Shown here piece after piece: positions 18,571-27,586 of a stretch of DNA of 64,000 nucleotides; the stretch's first letter is position 1, and every line of letters begins with the position of its first letter. Location of the stretch: positions 21,040 to 85,039 of the forward strand of contig CAVXXH010000004.1 in assembly GCA_963765655.1 (NCBI GenBank), read 5' to 3'. Position numbers and translations under genes: made by a program. The notes below the pieces were generated by a model, which was given only the letters and a program-made list of their open reading frames with translations, was not told the DNA's origin and did not search any database. Source of the DNA: an uncultured Chloroflexia bacterium (GTDB lineage: Bacteria; Chloroflexota; Anaerolineae; Anaerolineales; Anaerolineaceae).

Positions 18571-18822
18571 GCGCAGCTATTTATTTGTTACGAACTCCCT
18601 CCATTTATCCCAGAGGTCATTTCAATTGGAGGTTTCTATGCCTTCAACCCTCATGTTATCTTCTAATTTACAATCCAATTTTCAATCATCTCAAATGGTG
18701 CGTTTATTCGCACCTTGCGCTCAATTCTTTGTTTGCTCATTGTTGGTGAATTTCAAGCCAGGTAATGTGAATATTGATTAAATGGTAGCGTCGATATTTG
18801 ATGTTTAGAAAAAAATCGAAAT
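18378..18822. repeat. Direct repeat copy B (about 445 bp)
   Basis: See copy A. GC-rich sequence continues leftward uniquely to about 18190. The repeat ends 11 nt before the radC stop codon. Confidence 0.9.
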
Positions 18823-18832
18823 AATTTTTGAA

Positions 18833-19537
18833 TTAAAATCCCAACTCCTTCTTCTTCAACGAAACAAATCTTCCCTCTCCCCTTCCAATTACAATATGAT
18901 CCAGTACTTCAATATCCAGGAGTTTTCCTGCCTGTACCGCTGCTCTTGTCAGATTAATATCCTCCGGGCTGGGAGACGGATCACCACTGGGATGATTATG
19001 GATCAAGATTATTGCTGCGGCATTCAGTCGGATGGCTTCTTTGAATAATTCCCCAATTCGAACAGTTGATGAATTTAATGAGCCCGTATAGAGGTTAACC
19101 ATCTTTTGAAACCTGTTACGAGTATCCAAGAGTATCACCCTTAATTGTTCCTGATCCAGAACCGCCATCTCGTATTGTACAAATTGAGCAACTTCCTCCG
19201 GGCTGTGGAAGGAGACCTTCTGGTCTTCTAACACTCTTTGTTTTGCCAGGCGGTTTCCAATCTCAATCGCAGCTTTTAGTTGAGCTGCTTTCGCTCTACC
19301 CAGGCCATGTTCCTGGCAAACTTCTTCATAACTCGCCCGGTGTAATCCGTACAGCCCCCCAAAATTTTTCAACAAGCGTTGCCCCACCATGACAGCACTT
19401 TCCCCCTGAACCCCAACCCGTAATATAATAGCCACCAATTCAGCTTCACTTAAGGCAGCTGGACCATATTCAGCTAATCTCTCACGCGGTCGCTCGTTCT
19501 GGTCAAGGTCCTGAATCCGGTAAATGCGATTGTTCAT
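18833..19537 (-). CDS. radC: RadC-family JAB-domain DNA repair protein
   Basis: Start chosen at MNNRIYRIQDL (GGAG 6 nt upstream); the ORF track extends to 19636. Motifs are ERPRERL, LS.AELVAIILRVG, HNHPSGDPSPS and LLDH. Confidence 0.85.
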   Translation of the reverse strand: MNNRIYRIQDLDQNERPRERLAEYGPAALSEAELVAIILRVGVQGESAVMVGQRLLKNFGGLYGLHRASYEEVCQEHGLGRAKAAQLKAAIEIGNRLAKQRVLEDQKVSFHSPEEVAQFVQYEMAVLDQEQLRVILLDTRNRFQKMVNLYTGSLNSSTVRIGELFKEAIRLNAAAIILIHNHPSGDPSPSPEDINLTRAAVQAGKLLDIEVLDHIVIGRGEGRFVSLKKKELGF

Positions 19538-19661
19538 TGGAAACTCCATTGTTGCTGTATTGATGTTCAGTTGAGTTACTTTACTTAATAACGAGAAATA
19601 AATCAAGCTCCACCGGGTGTGAAAAATCTCATCCATGCTATAATTTCAGGATGGAGAATTT

Positions 19662-20201
19662 ATGAATTTCGATTTATCCTCTATGAATAGTTATGTGTTA
19701 ATTGCCACTGCTTTTGCAGCAGCATTTTTAGCCACTTTATGGGTGAGTCTGATTATCTGGACGATACGAGACGTTCGAAGACGTTCCAAAGATCCGATGG
19801 CTCGTATATTGGCTGTTCTTATTGTGGCACTTTTATTCTTGCCTGGAATGCTGATTTACGCCATTCTCAGACCAGCAAGAACGCTCGATGAAGAATTCCA
19901 GCAGTCTCTGGAAGAAGAAGCTTTATTGCAAACAATTGAGGATATCCCTTTGTGCCCGGGTTGTTCCAGAAAAGTGCAACAAGATTGGATCGTATGTCCC
20001 AATTGCCAGACAAAACTAAAGAAAAAATGTCATCATTGTAAATCACTGATGGATTTACCCTGGAATATCTGCCCGTATTGTGGCACGACTGTCCCTGGCA
20101 TGCGAAAAGAAAATATTCCCCTGGAGGATATTCTTCCGCCCATTACCCCCACACTGTTCGATGACATTGAAGGTCAAGAACAATCCACTGAGGTTTCATA
20201 A
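19662..20201 (+). CDS. Membrane protein with PLD-nuclease-N-terminal-like TM domain and C-terminal double zinc ribbon
   Basis: GGATGGAG SD upstream. Two TM helices with LLFLPGMLIYAILRP, then CPGCSRKV...CPNCQTKL..CHHCKS....CPYCG. Confidence 0.65.
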   Translation: MNFDLSSMNSYVLIATAFAAAFLATLWVSLIIWTIRDVRRRSKDPMARILAVLIVALLFLPGMLIYAILRPARTLDEEFQQSLEEEALLQTIEDIPLCPGCSRKVQQDWIVCPNCQTKLKKKCHHCKSLMDLPWNICPYCGTTVPGMRKENIPLEDILPPITPTLFDDIEGQEQSTEVS

Positions 20202-20204
20202 AAA

Positions 20205-21056
20205 GTGATTAATTATTTAAGACCAATAGAACCTGTTGATTATTTAATTGTTGGACACATCACACAGGATGTAATTCCTGATGGATATGTTCCAGGAGGG
20301 ACTGCTTCATATTCTTCGTTAACCGCACATGCTTTTGGATTGAGAGTTGGCATCCTGACATCCTATGCGCAGGATGCTATTTTGCCTGATTTGAGAGACA
20401 TTCAGGTTGTCAGTACGATCAGTGAATACTCAACTGTATTTGAAAACAAGTATACAAAAGAAGGCAGACATCAACGCATCCTGAGCCGGGCGGAAATTTT
20501 ACATCCCAACCAGATCCCGCAAACATGGGCTTCACCAAAAATTGTACACCTCGGACCCATAGCGGATGAAGTTGATCCATCATTCTTAAAGGCTTTCCCA
20601 AATTCATTTGTTGGTGTCACACCACAGGGTTGGTATCGTACCTGGGATGCGGATGGAAAAATTAGTTTTAATAATTATATTGAAGCCAAACATTATCTTC
20701 AGTATGCAGATGCCGTCGTTCTCAGCATCGAAGATCTTCAATTTGATGAAGGTCTCATTGCTGACCTTGTGTATGGAATTCGTGTCCTTGTGATCACTGA
20801 AGGATCGTGTGGTGCCAGAGTGTATTGGAATGGAGATGTGCGTAATTTCCGAGCACCAGAAAAAGGTGAAGTAGATGCAACTGGAGCAGGTGATATTTTC
20901 GCTGCCTCATTCTTTATTCGATTAGCTCAGACAAAAGATCCCTGGACATCAGCCCGATTTGCTACCTATATTGCAGCCAATTCAGTAACACGTAAGGCTA
21001 TGGAAAGCCCCCCAACGGATGCAGAAGTTCAGGAAAATTTAGTCGAGATTATTTAA
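20205..21056 (+). CDS. PfkB-family carbohydrate/nucleoside kinase
   Basis: GTG start. GGTASYS lies near the N-terminus and DATGAGDIFAASF is the PfkB signature 2. Confidence 0.75.
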   Translation: MINYLRPIEPVDYLIVGHITQDVIPDGYVPGGTASYSSLTAHAFGLRVGILTSYAQDAILPDLRDIQVVSTISEYSTVFENKYTKEGRHQRILSRAEILHPNQIPQTWASPKIVHLGPIADEVDPSFLKAFPNSFVGVTPQGWYRTWDADGKISFNNYIEAKHYLQYADAVVLSIEDLQFDEGLIADLVYGIRVLVITEGSCGARVYWNGDVRNFRAPEKGEVDATGAGDIFAASFFIRLAQTKDPWTSARFATYIAANSVTRKAMESPPTDAEVQENLVEII

Positions 21057-21071
21057 GACACTCAGGAACAT

Positions 21072-21863
21072 ATGGCAAGAATTTTCTCATTAGTAAATCA
21101 AAAAGGCGGCGTAGGTAAGACAACCACAGCCATAAACCTGGGCGCATACCTGGGATATTTTGGACAAAGAGTGTTATTGGTCGATTTAGATCCACAGGCG
21201 AATGCTACTTCATCTCTTGGTATCGAGAAACAAAATGTCAAACATGGTACGTATGAAGTATTGATTGGATCTCAGCCAATAGCCCCTAATATTTTACATA
21301 ATCCTCGCTTAAAAATATCATTATTACCTTCTTCTCCATCATTAGCTGGTGCAGAGATTGAACTGATTGATCTGGATAATCGCGAGTATTTATTAAAGCG
21401 AGCACTTGCAAACGTTTCAGATCGTTACGATTATATTCTGATCGATTGTCCCCCGTCATTATCATTGTTGACGGTCAATGGATTAATTGCTGCTGAATCA
21501 GGGGTAATTATTCCGGTGCAATGTGAATATCTTGCATTAGAAGGTTTAGGGCAATTGACACAAACGATCCGAAAAGTTCAGGAATCATTATTTCCTGCTT
21601 TACAAATTAAAGGTGTCGTTTTAACGATGTACGATGGCAGAACACGCTTAGCACTGGATGTAGTCAGCGAAGTACAACGCCATTTTTCTGATCAGGTTTA
21701 CCAGACGATTATTCCCCGCAGTGTCCGCCTGGCAGAAGCGCCCTCCTATGGCACACCCATATCAGCGTTTGCACCAGAATCATCAGCTGCAAAAGCATAT
21801 GCTGCTTTAGCTAAAGAGATTCTTGCACAAGACGGTATAATAATTCCAGTAATCGAGGAATGA
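21072..21863 (+). CDS. parA: Chromosome partitioning ATPase ParA/Soj
   Basis: NQKGGVGKTTTAINLGAYL deviant Walker A, plus VLLVDLDPQANAT and DYILIDCPPSL. Confidence 0.93.
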   Translation: MARIFSLVNQKGGVGKTTTAINLGAYLGYFGQRVLLVDLDPQANATSSLGIEKQNVKHGTYEVLIGSQPIAPNILHNPRLKISLLPSSPSLAGAEIELIDLDNREYLLKRALANVSDRYDYILIDCPPSLSLLTVNGLIAAESGVIIPVQCEYLALEGLGQLTQTIRKVQESLFPALQIKGVVLTMYDGRTRLALDVVSEVQRHFSDQVYQTIIPRSVRLAEAPSYGTPISAFAPESSAAKAYAALAKEILAQDGIIIPVIEE

Positions 21864-21871
21864 GGTTTTAA

Positions 21872-22732
21872 ATGGCAAAAAAACCAGGGTTAGGTAGAGG
21901 ATTAGATGCATTAATACCAGGTTCCAGACCCACAAAAACGGATGATGAACTTCAGACATCCGAATTACCCATCGAAAAGATTCTCCCTAATCCACATCAG
22001 CCCCGCACCATAATGGATGATGAAGAACTTCAGGAACTGGCACAATCCATTCGAGCACATGGCATTATTCAACCGCTTCTGGTAATTCCGAAAAACGATC
22101 GGGATGAATATGTATTAATTGCCGGTGAACGCAGGTTGCGGGCAGCAAAATTGGCTGGTTTACAAAATGTACCTGTGATTTTTAGACAGGCCAACCAGCA
22201 GGAACACCTTGAATTGGCATTGATTGAGAATGTCCAGCGAGCGAATTTATCCCCTCTTGAAACTGCCGATGCTTACCAACAATTAAGCAGTGAATTTAAT
22301 TTGTCACATGAAGAAATTGCGAAACGGGTTGGAAAAAGTAGAGTCTCAGTGACAAACACCCTTCGATTATTGAAATTGCCAGAAAAAGTAAAACTTGCAT
22401 TGGCAAAAAATAGCATCTCTGAAGGACATGCCAGGGTACTTTTAGCCTTAGCTACACCACAAGCTCAATCAGCAGTTTTGGATATCGTCATTAAGAATAA
22501 TTACTCCGTTCGACAGACCGAAGAATTGGTAAAAAAATACAGTGGAGATCGGGAAACAAAATCTCCCCCAAAAGTCAAAGATCCAGAAGTCAAAGCGTTG
22601 GAAGAACGCTTTCAAGACAAATTAGGTATGCGAGTAAATTTGGACCATCGCGGGGATAAAGGCAAAATAATTATTCATTATTATTCAAATGAGGAACTTA
22701 ACTCGTTAATAGAACGTTTCATTGAGGATTAA
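21872..22732 (+). CDS. parB: Chromosome partitioning protein ParB/Spo0J
   Basis: GLGRGLDALI, NPHQPR, IQPLLV, IAGERRLRAAKLAG and an HTH region. It lies directly after parA. Confidence 0.93.
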   Translation: MAKKPGLGRGLDALIPGSRPTKTDDELQTSELPIEKILPNPHQPRTIMDDEELQELAQSIRAHGIIQPLLVIPKNDRDEYVLIAGERRLRAAKLAGLQNVPVIFRQANQQEHLELALIENVQRANLSPLETADAYQQLSSEFNLSHEEIAKRVGKSRVSVTNTLRLLKLPEKVKLALAKNSISEGHARVLLALATPQAQSAVLDIVIKNNYSVRQTEELVKKYSGDRETKSPPKVKDPEVKALEERFQDKLGMRVNLDHRGDKGKIIIHYYSNEELNSLIERFIED

Positions 22733-22738
22733 TTTGTT

Positions 22739-24328
22739 ATGTTAATTCTCCAGAATGCAAGAATTTTAGGATCAGAAAAACATTCAGGATTGTCTGAAGC
22801 CGTGGCTATCCACGACATGATGATTGTGGCTGTTGGAAGTAATGCAGATATTTTATCTTTGGCAGATAGAAATTCAGAAATTCTTGATATGCATGGAAAG
22901 ACAATTTTACCTGGGCTAACTGATTCTCACATTCACTTGCAACATCTGAGTAGAAGCCTCACGATCGTTAATTGTGAAACCGAACATGTCCAGGTTTGTT
23001 ATGATCTATTAAGAGAAAAAGCAAATGGAACAGCCGCTGAAGATTGGATTCTCGGTCATGGTTGGAATCAAAATCAATGGGCAGGTGGATTCAACGATAT
23101 AGATTTGCTCCACCAGGTTTCTGAAGAACACCCCATCTTTATTACAGCAAAGTCATTACACGCTGCCTGGGCAAATAAACGAGCACTTGAAATTGCAGGT
23201 ATCACACGTGAAACGTCTGACCCCCAAGATGGAATCATAGGAAGGAATGCTGAAGGTTATCCAAACGGCTTATTGTTTGAAAATGCAATGAAATTGATGA
23301 ATGAATTCATTCCTGTTCATTCTGGTCGAATGTTAATGGATAATCTACAAACAACCCAATTGGAATTATGGAAAGTTGGTATCACAGGAGTTCATGATTT
23401 TGACGGTGCTGAATGTTTTTCAGCATTGCAACAATTAGATAATCAAAACAAATTACAACTCAGAATTCTAAAAAGTCTGCCTTTACAGAATTTAGAAGCT
23501 GCAGTGCAAACCGGGCTTCGAACTGGTTTTGGATCTGATTTTCTGCGTATTGGTTCAGTTAAGTTGTTTGCAGATGGTGCGCTAGGTCCTCAAACGGCAG
23601 CAATGTTGGATCCATATGAAACAAATCGCAATAATTCTGGAATTCTAATGCTCTCCAGGGAAGAAGTTATCCAATATGGGAAAATTGCTACCCAAAATGG
23701 TCTCTCACTTGCGATTCATGCGATTGGTGATAGAGCCAACCGGGAAGTCATTGATGCTTATATCGAAATAAGGCAATTTGAACGGGATCATCATTTACCA
23801 GCCTTACATCATCGAATAGAACATGTCCAAATTCTTGCCGAACAAGATCTCAATCGATTGGCTGAAAATAATATAATCGCATCCGTGCAACCGCTACATT
23901 TGATATCTGATATGGATACAGCAGACCTTTTTTGGGGGGCGAGATCCCGTTATGCCTATCCATTTAATAGTCTTTTAAAAAATGGAACAAAACTCATTTT
24001 TGGATCTGACTCCCCTGTCGAAAAATTCAACCCATTTTTAGGGATGTATGCAGCATTATCAAGATCAAAATTCAATCAACTTTCATCCACTGGCTGGTAT
24101 CCTGAAGAGAAAATTTCTATGGAAAATATCCTGGCTGCTTATACGATTAATCCAGCCAGGATCTCTGATTGGGAAGATAAAATCGGTAGTATATCGGCTG
24201 GAAAATTAGCGGACTTAGTTGTTTTACCAGTCAATCCATTTGAAATAGAACCTTTTGAATTGAAAGATTTATTGCCTTCCGCGACAATGGTTGCTGGTCA
24301 ATGGGTCTGGAAGAAGGAAGAATTCTAA
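22739..24328 (+). CDS. Amidohydrolase-3 family metal-dependent hydrolase (YtcJ-like)
   Basis: LPGLTDSHIHL, KLFADGALG, HAIGDRA, RIEH and GSDSP. Confidence 0.8.
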   Translation: MLILQNARILGSEKHSGLSEAVAIHDMMIVAVGSNADILSLADRNSEILDMHGKTILPGLTDSHIHLQHLSRSLTIVNCETEHVQVCYDLLREKANGTAAEDWILGHGWNQNQWAGGFNDIDLLHQVSEEHPIFITAKSLHAAWANKRALEIAGITRETSDPQDGIIGRNAEGYPNGLLFENAMKLMNEFIPVHSGRMLMDNLQTTQLELWKVGITGVHDFDGAECFSALQQLDNQNKLQLRILKSLPLQNLEAAVQTGLRTGFGSDFLRIGSVKLFADGALGPQTAAMLDPYETNRNNSGILMLSREEVIQYGKIATQNGLSLAIHAIGDRANREVIDAYIEIRQFERDHHLPALHHRIEHVQILAEQDLNRLAENNIIASVQPLHLISDMDTADLFWGARSRYAYPFNSLLKNGTKLIFGSDSPVEKFNPFLGMYAALSRSKFNQLSSTGWYPEEKISMENILAAYTINPARISDWEDKIGSISAGKLADLVVLPVNPFEIEPFELKDLLPSATMVAGQWVWKKEEF

Positions 24329-25356
24329 TGGCTTCCAGAAAAAAAACTGTTTCTCCTGAAATATTAGTACCAAGAATTGGTGAATATTTAGTTCAAAAGG
24401 AAATTATTACCCTGCCTGAACTAAACAAAGCCTTGTTCATTCAGCTGGAAAAGGCAAAACAGGGAGAGGAAATTCCACTAGGTAAAATCTTGGTTGAGAT
24501 GAATTTAATCGATCAGGAGACTCTGGATGAAGCAATAACAGAACAATTAATTCGATTTCGTGATGCGCTTGAACAAAGTAACCGGCAATTGGAACTTCGT
24601 GTGCAGCAGAGAACTGCCGAATTGCAAGATGCACTGAACAAAGTTAATGAATTAAACCAACTTAAAACTAATTTTGTCTCCAATATCTCCCATGAATTAA
24701 GAACTCCGTTAACTCACATAAAAGGATACCTTGATTTGATAATATCAAATGACCTGGGTCCATTATCAGAAGAACAAAATCAAGTATTGGAAATCATGGG
24801 AAAAGCAACGAACCGCCTGGAACAATTAATTGAAGATCTGATCATGTTTACATTTGCTGAACATGATCAGGTAATTATCTTTCCCAGTGAATTTGATCTG
24901 GTAGCAGTTACCCAGGAAATAATCACTAACTTTCAAACCACATCCGTACAAAAAAAATTCAAGCTCGTTTTTTTCCCTGATACTTCATCCGCCTTTGTGT
25001 TTGCTGATCAAAAAAAAATAGCCTGGGTAATTAATCACCTGATTGATAATGCGATTAAATTTTCAAAAAAAGAGGCAATAATCGAGATTTCCATTTTCTT
25101 GACACAGGAGGCGGTTAACGTTAAAGTCAAGGATAACGGGATTGGCATAAAGGAGGAGCGAATTCACGAAATTTTTGAGCCTTTCCATCAATTAGATAGC
25201 TCTTCTACCAGGAAAGCTGGTGGAATTGGTCTGGGACTTGCACTTGCTAAGAAGATAATTGAATCACATGGTGCTACACTTAATGTGGATTCTAACTTTG
25301 ATATCGGAAGTACTTTTGACTTTTCGTTAAATAGATTGAATAATAAAAATGATTGA
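24328..25356 (+). CDS. Cytoplasmic histidine kinase with an N-terminal T2SS-E/MshEN-like domain
   Basis: Start ATG 24328 overlaps the upstream stop (TAATG). The N-terminus reads RIGEYLVQKEIITLPELNKALFIQ ... PLGKILVEMNLIDQETLDEAITEQ, followed by a coiled coil. The H-box is SHELRTPLTHIKGY, with N and G boxes (IDNAIKFS, GGIGLGLALAKKIIESHG). Confidence 0.8.
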   Translation: MASRKKTVSPEILVPRIGEYLVQKEIITLPELNKALFIQLEKAKQGEEIPLGKILVEMNLIDQETLDEAITEQLIRFRDALEQSNRQLELRVQQRTAELQDALNKVNELNQLKTNFVSNISHELRTPLTHIKGYLDLIISNDLGPLSEEQNQVLEIMGKATNRLEQLIEDLIMFTFAEHDQVIIFPSEFDLVAVTQEIITNFQTTSVQKKFKLVFFPDTSSAFVFADQKKIAWVINHLIDNAIKFSKKEAIIEISIFLTQEAVNVKVKDNGIGIKEERIHEIFEPFHQLDSSSTRKAGGIGLGLALAKKIIESHGATLNVDSNFDIGSTFDFSLNRLNNKND

Positions 25357-26545
25357 GCCAATATTCTCAATAAAAACAGAAACCCTCTATTCCTTAAGTA
25401 AAATATGTTGGGAATCTTCAAATTGGAAGCAAGCCCTGGATGTAATTTGCAGTGAAATCCGACCATATTTCATCTTTGATAACCTGGCTGTTTATCTATA
25501 TAATGAATCCCATTCTGACCTGGAGATTGCCTACGCCCGAGCGACAGGACGTGGAAAAAATAAAGAAGCGGATGTAGCATGGGGTGAAAGTATCATTTTA
25601 GAGGTTATAAAGAACAACCGCACAATACTCTCTGAATCTTCTGAAGAAGATTCGGATCGATTGAAACGACCCCATATCTTGGCAATACCACTACAATCCA
25701 AAAAAGCTGAGCTAGGTGTAGTTGTTATCATCCGGTTTGGGACGCCAATTTTCTCAAGAGACCACGTCAATTTTGCTGAGTTTATGTCTTCACAAATTTC
25801 ATCTATGATTCTCAGACAAGAGCGTGAGTCCATGATCAATCAGTTGCAGGACCACATTCAAACACTGCAAATACAGGATGATTTTATTTCGACTCTTTCG
25901 CATGAATTAAAAAACCCAATTGGATTTATAAAAGGCTACACAACCACGTTACTCCGTCAGGACACAAGTTGGAGTATAGAAAATCAAATTGAATTTTTAC
26001 AGATTATTGACCAGGAGACTGATCGATTGAAAGAATTAATTGATAATCTGTTAGATTCGTCGCGCTTACAATCAGGTAAGACAACATTAAATATTCAGTT
26101 GTTACGAATTGATGCGCTGCTGAATGATGTAATTTCTCATGCCAGGATTCACCATCCAGAACTTCAGATAAATCTTGATATCCGTCAGGAATTGCCAACT
26201 TTTCACGGAGATCCCAGACGATTGAAACAGGTCTTTGATAACCTGGTATCAAATGCAGCAAAATATGCCCCTGGAAAACCATTGCTATTCAGAATTTACA
26301 AAGAAGCTCAAGGCATAACAATTGATGTAAAGGACACCGGTCCTGGAATTCCTACGAAAGAACTTGAAAAAGTGTTTGAAAGATTTTATCGATCTGAGGC
26401 ACACAATCAGGATTCCCGCGGATCCGGCTTAGGATTATTTATTTCCAAGAAAATTATCGAAGCACATCAAGGTCAAATTAACGCAACTTCCAATCCTGGC
26501 AAAGGAACAACGATCCATGTGTTTCTACCTTTTATCGAAATTTAG
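25349..26545 (+). CDS. GAF-like sensor histidine kinase
   Basis: Overlaps the previous gene by 8 nt. H-box SHELKNPIGFIKGY, with VSNAAKYAP, DTGPGIP and GSGLGLFISKKIIEAHQG. Confidence 0.85.
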   Translation: MIEPIFSIKTETLYSLSKICWESSNWKQALDVICSEIRPYFIFDNLAVYLYNESHSDLEIAYARATGRGKNKEADVAWGESIILEVIKNNRTILSESSEEDSDRLKRPHILAIPLQSKKAELGVVVIIRFGTPIFSRDHVNFAEFMSSQISSMILRQERESMINQLQDHIQTLQIQDDFISTLSHELKNPIGFIKGYTTTLLRQDTSWSIENQIEFLQIIDQETDRLKELIDNLLDSSRLQSGKTTLNIQLLRIDALLNDVISHARIHHPELQINLDIRQELPTFHGDPRRLKQVFDNLVSNAAKYAPGKPLLFRIYKEAQGITIDVKDTGPGIPTKELEKVFERFYRSEAHNQDSRGSGLGLFISKKIIEAHQGQINATSNPGKGTTIHVFLPFIEI

Positions 26546-26569
26546 CATTATGATCACCTGGAGGTGCTT

Positions 26570-27277
26570 ATGACAAAAGGAACAAAAATTTTAGTGGTGG
26601 ATGATGAAAAACTATATCGGCATCTGCTTGAAATGAATTTAGGTACTGAAGGGTATGAAGTTATAACAGCGACAAATGGAGAAGAGTGCCTCGATCTGGT
26701 ATCAAAAAAACACCCCGACCTTGTTATCCTTGATGTTATGATGCCAAAATTAGATGGTTTTTCAACCCTCGAACGAATTCGCCAATTCAGTGAAGTTCCA
26801 GTCATTATGTTGACGGGAAAAAATGAAGAAAAAGATCGAGTAAAGGGACTTAATTCTGGTGCAGATGATTATGTGGCAAAACCATTTTCTGCCACTGAGT
26901 TAATTGCCCGGGTTCGATCTGTCTTACGTAGATCACTCTCATCTGAAACATCGAAAGCAACTCGTTTTTTTGAACACGGCGATCTAAAAATTGACCTGGC
27001 TCGTGCAGAAATCTGGCGCGATGAATCCCCAATTTTCTTGTCTGCAACAGAATATAAATTATTAATTCAATTTGCTCATAATGTTGGAAAAGTGTTATCA
27101 GCCGAAGAATTACTTTCTGCTATTTGGGGGCCACAATATCGCCAGGATAAAGAGATTCTCTGGGTGAGTATTGCCAGATTGAGACAAAAAATAGAGAAAG
27201 ATCCTCATACTCCCATTCACATCGTCACACGATCGGGTCTTGGGTATCTGATGCCCCCTATGGATACAATGAAATAA
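26570..27277 (+). CDS. OmpR-family response regulator
   Basis: ATG at 26570 lies 6 nt after GGAGG. Motifs are KILVVDDE, DLVILDVMMPKLDG and KPF, with the winged-helix end RSGLGYLM. Confidence 0.9.
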   Translation: MTKGTKILVVDDEKLYRHLLEMNLGTEGYEVITATNGEECLDLVSKKHPDLVILDVMMPKLDGFSTLERIRQFSEVPVIMLTGKNEEKDRVKGLNSGADDYVAKPFSATELIARVRSVLRRSLSSETSKATRFFEHGDLKIDLARAEIWRDESPIFLSATEYKLLIQFAHNVGKVLSAEELLSAIWGPQYRQDKEILWVSIARLRQKIEKDPHTPIHIVTRSGLGYLMPPMDTMK

Positions 27278-27291
27278 TAAAAGAGGAAAAA

Positions 27292-27579
27292 ATGATTACT
27301 CAATTTGAAGGAAAGGGAAAAATATTCACCTCCAAAGTAACGAAAGGTCAAAGCGAAGTTCTCATTCAAACAACTACTCAGCAGATACGTGGTTTTTTTC
27401 ATGTTCAAATGGATCTGCGTTTATTGGATGAATTAAATGAAACCAATCATTTTTTAGCGTTGACTGATGTTGAAATCCTGGATGTAAATGAAAAAGTACT
27501 CCATAAATCAAATTTTCTTGCCGTCAACACAGATCAGATAATCTGGATTTTACCCTTAGCTGAAAAATTAGAGACATAA
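27292..27579 (+). CDS. Small hypothetical protein upstream of the CpaF-like ATPase
   Basis: 95-aa ORF with a GAGGAAAAAA-ATG context and no recognisable motif. It lies 7 nt before the next gene. Confidence 0.5.
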   Translation: MITQFEGKGKIFTSKVTKGQSEVLIQTTTQQIRGFFHVQMDLRLLDELNETNHFLALTDVEILDVNEKVLHKSNFLAVNTDQIIWILPLAEKLET

Positions 27580-27586
27580 TGGTGAA

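Noticed and set aside
15453-18822. The 445-bp repeat pair considered as a DGR template/variable repeat pair, or as attL/attR of an integrated element.
   Set aside because: The mismatches between the copies involve all four bases (C/A, T/G, T/C, G/A and others) rather than adenine-specific changes. There is no RT, integrase, tRNA or tmRNA. The longer copy does not have the geometry expected for a target-gene 3'-end duplication.
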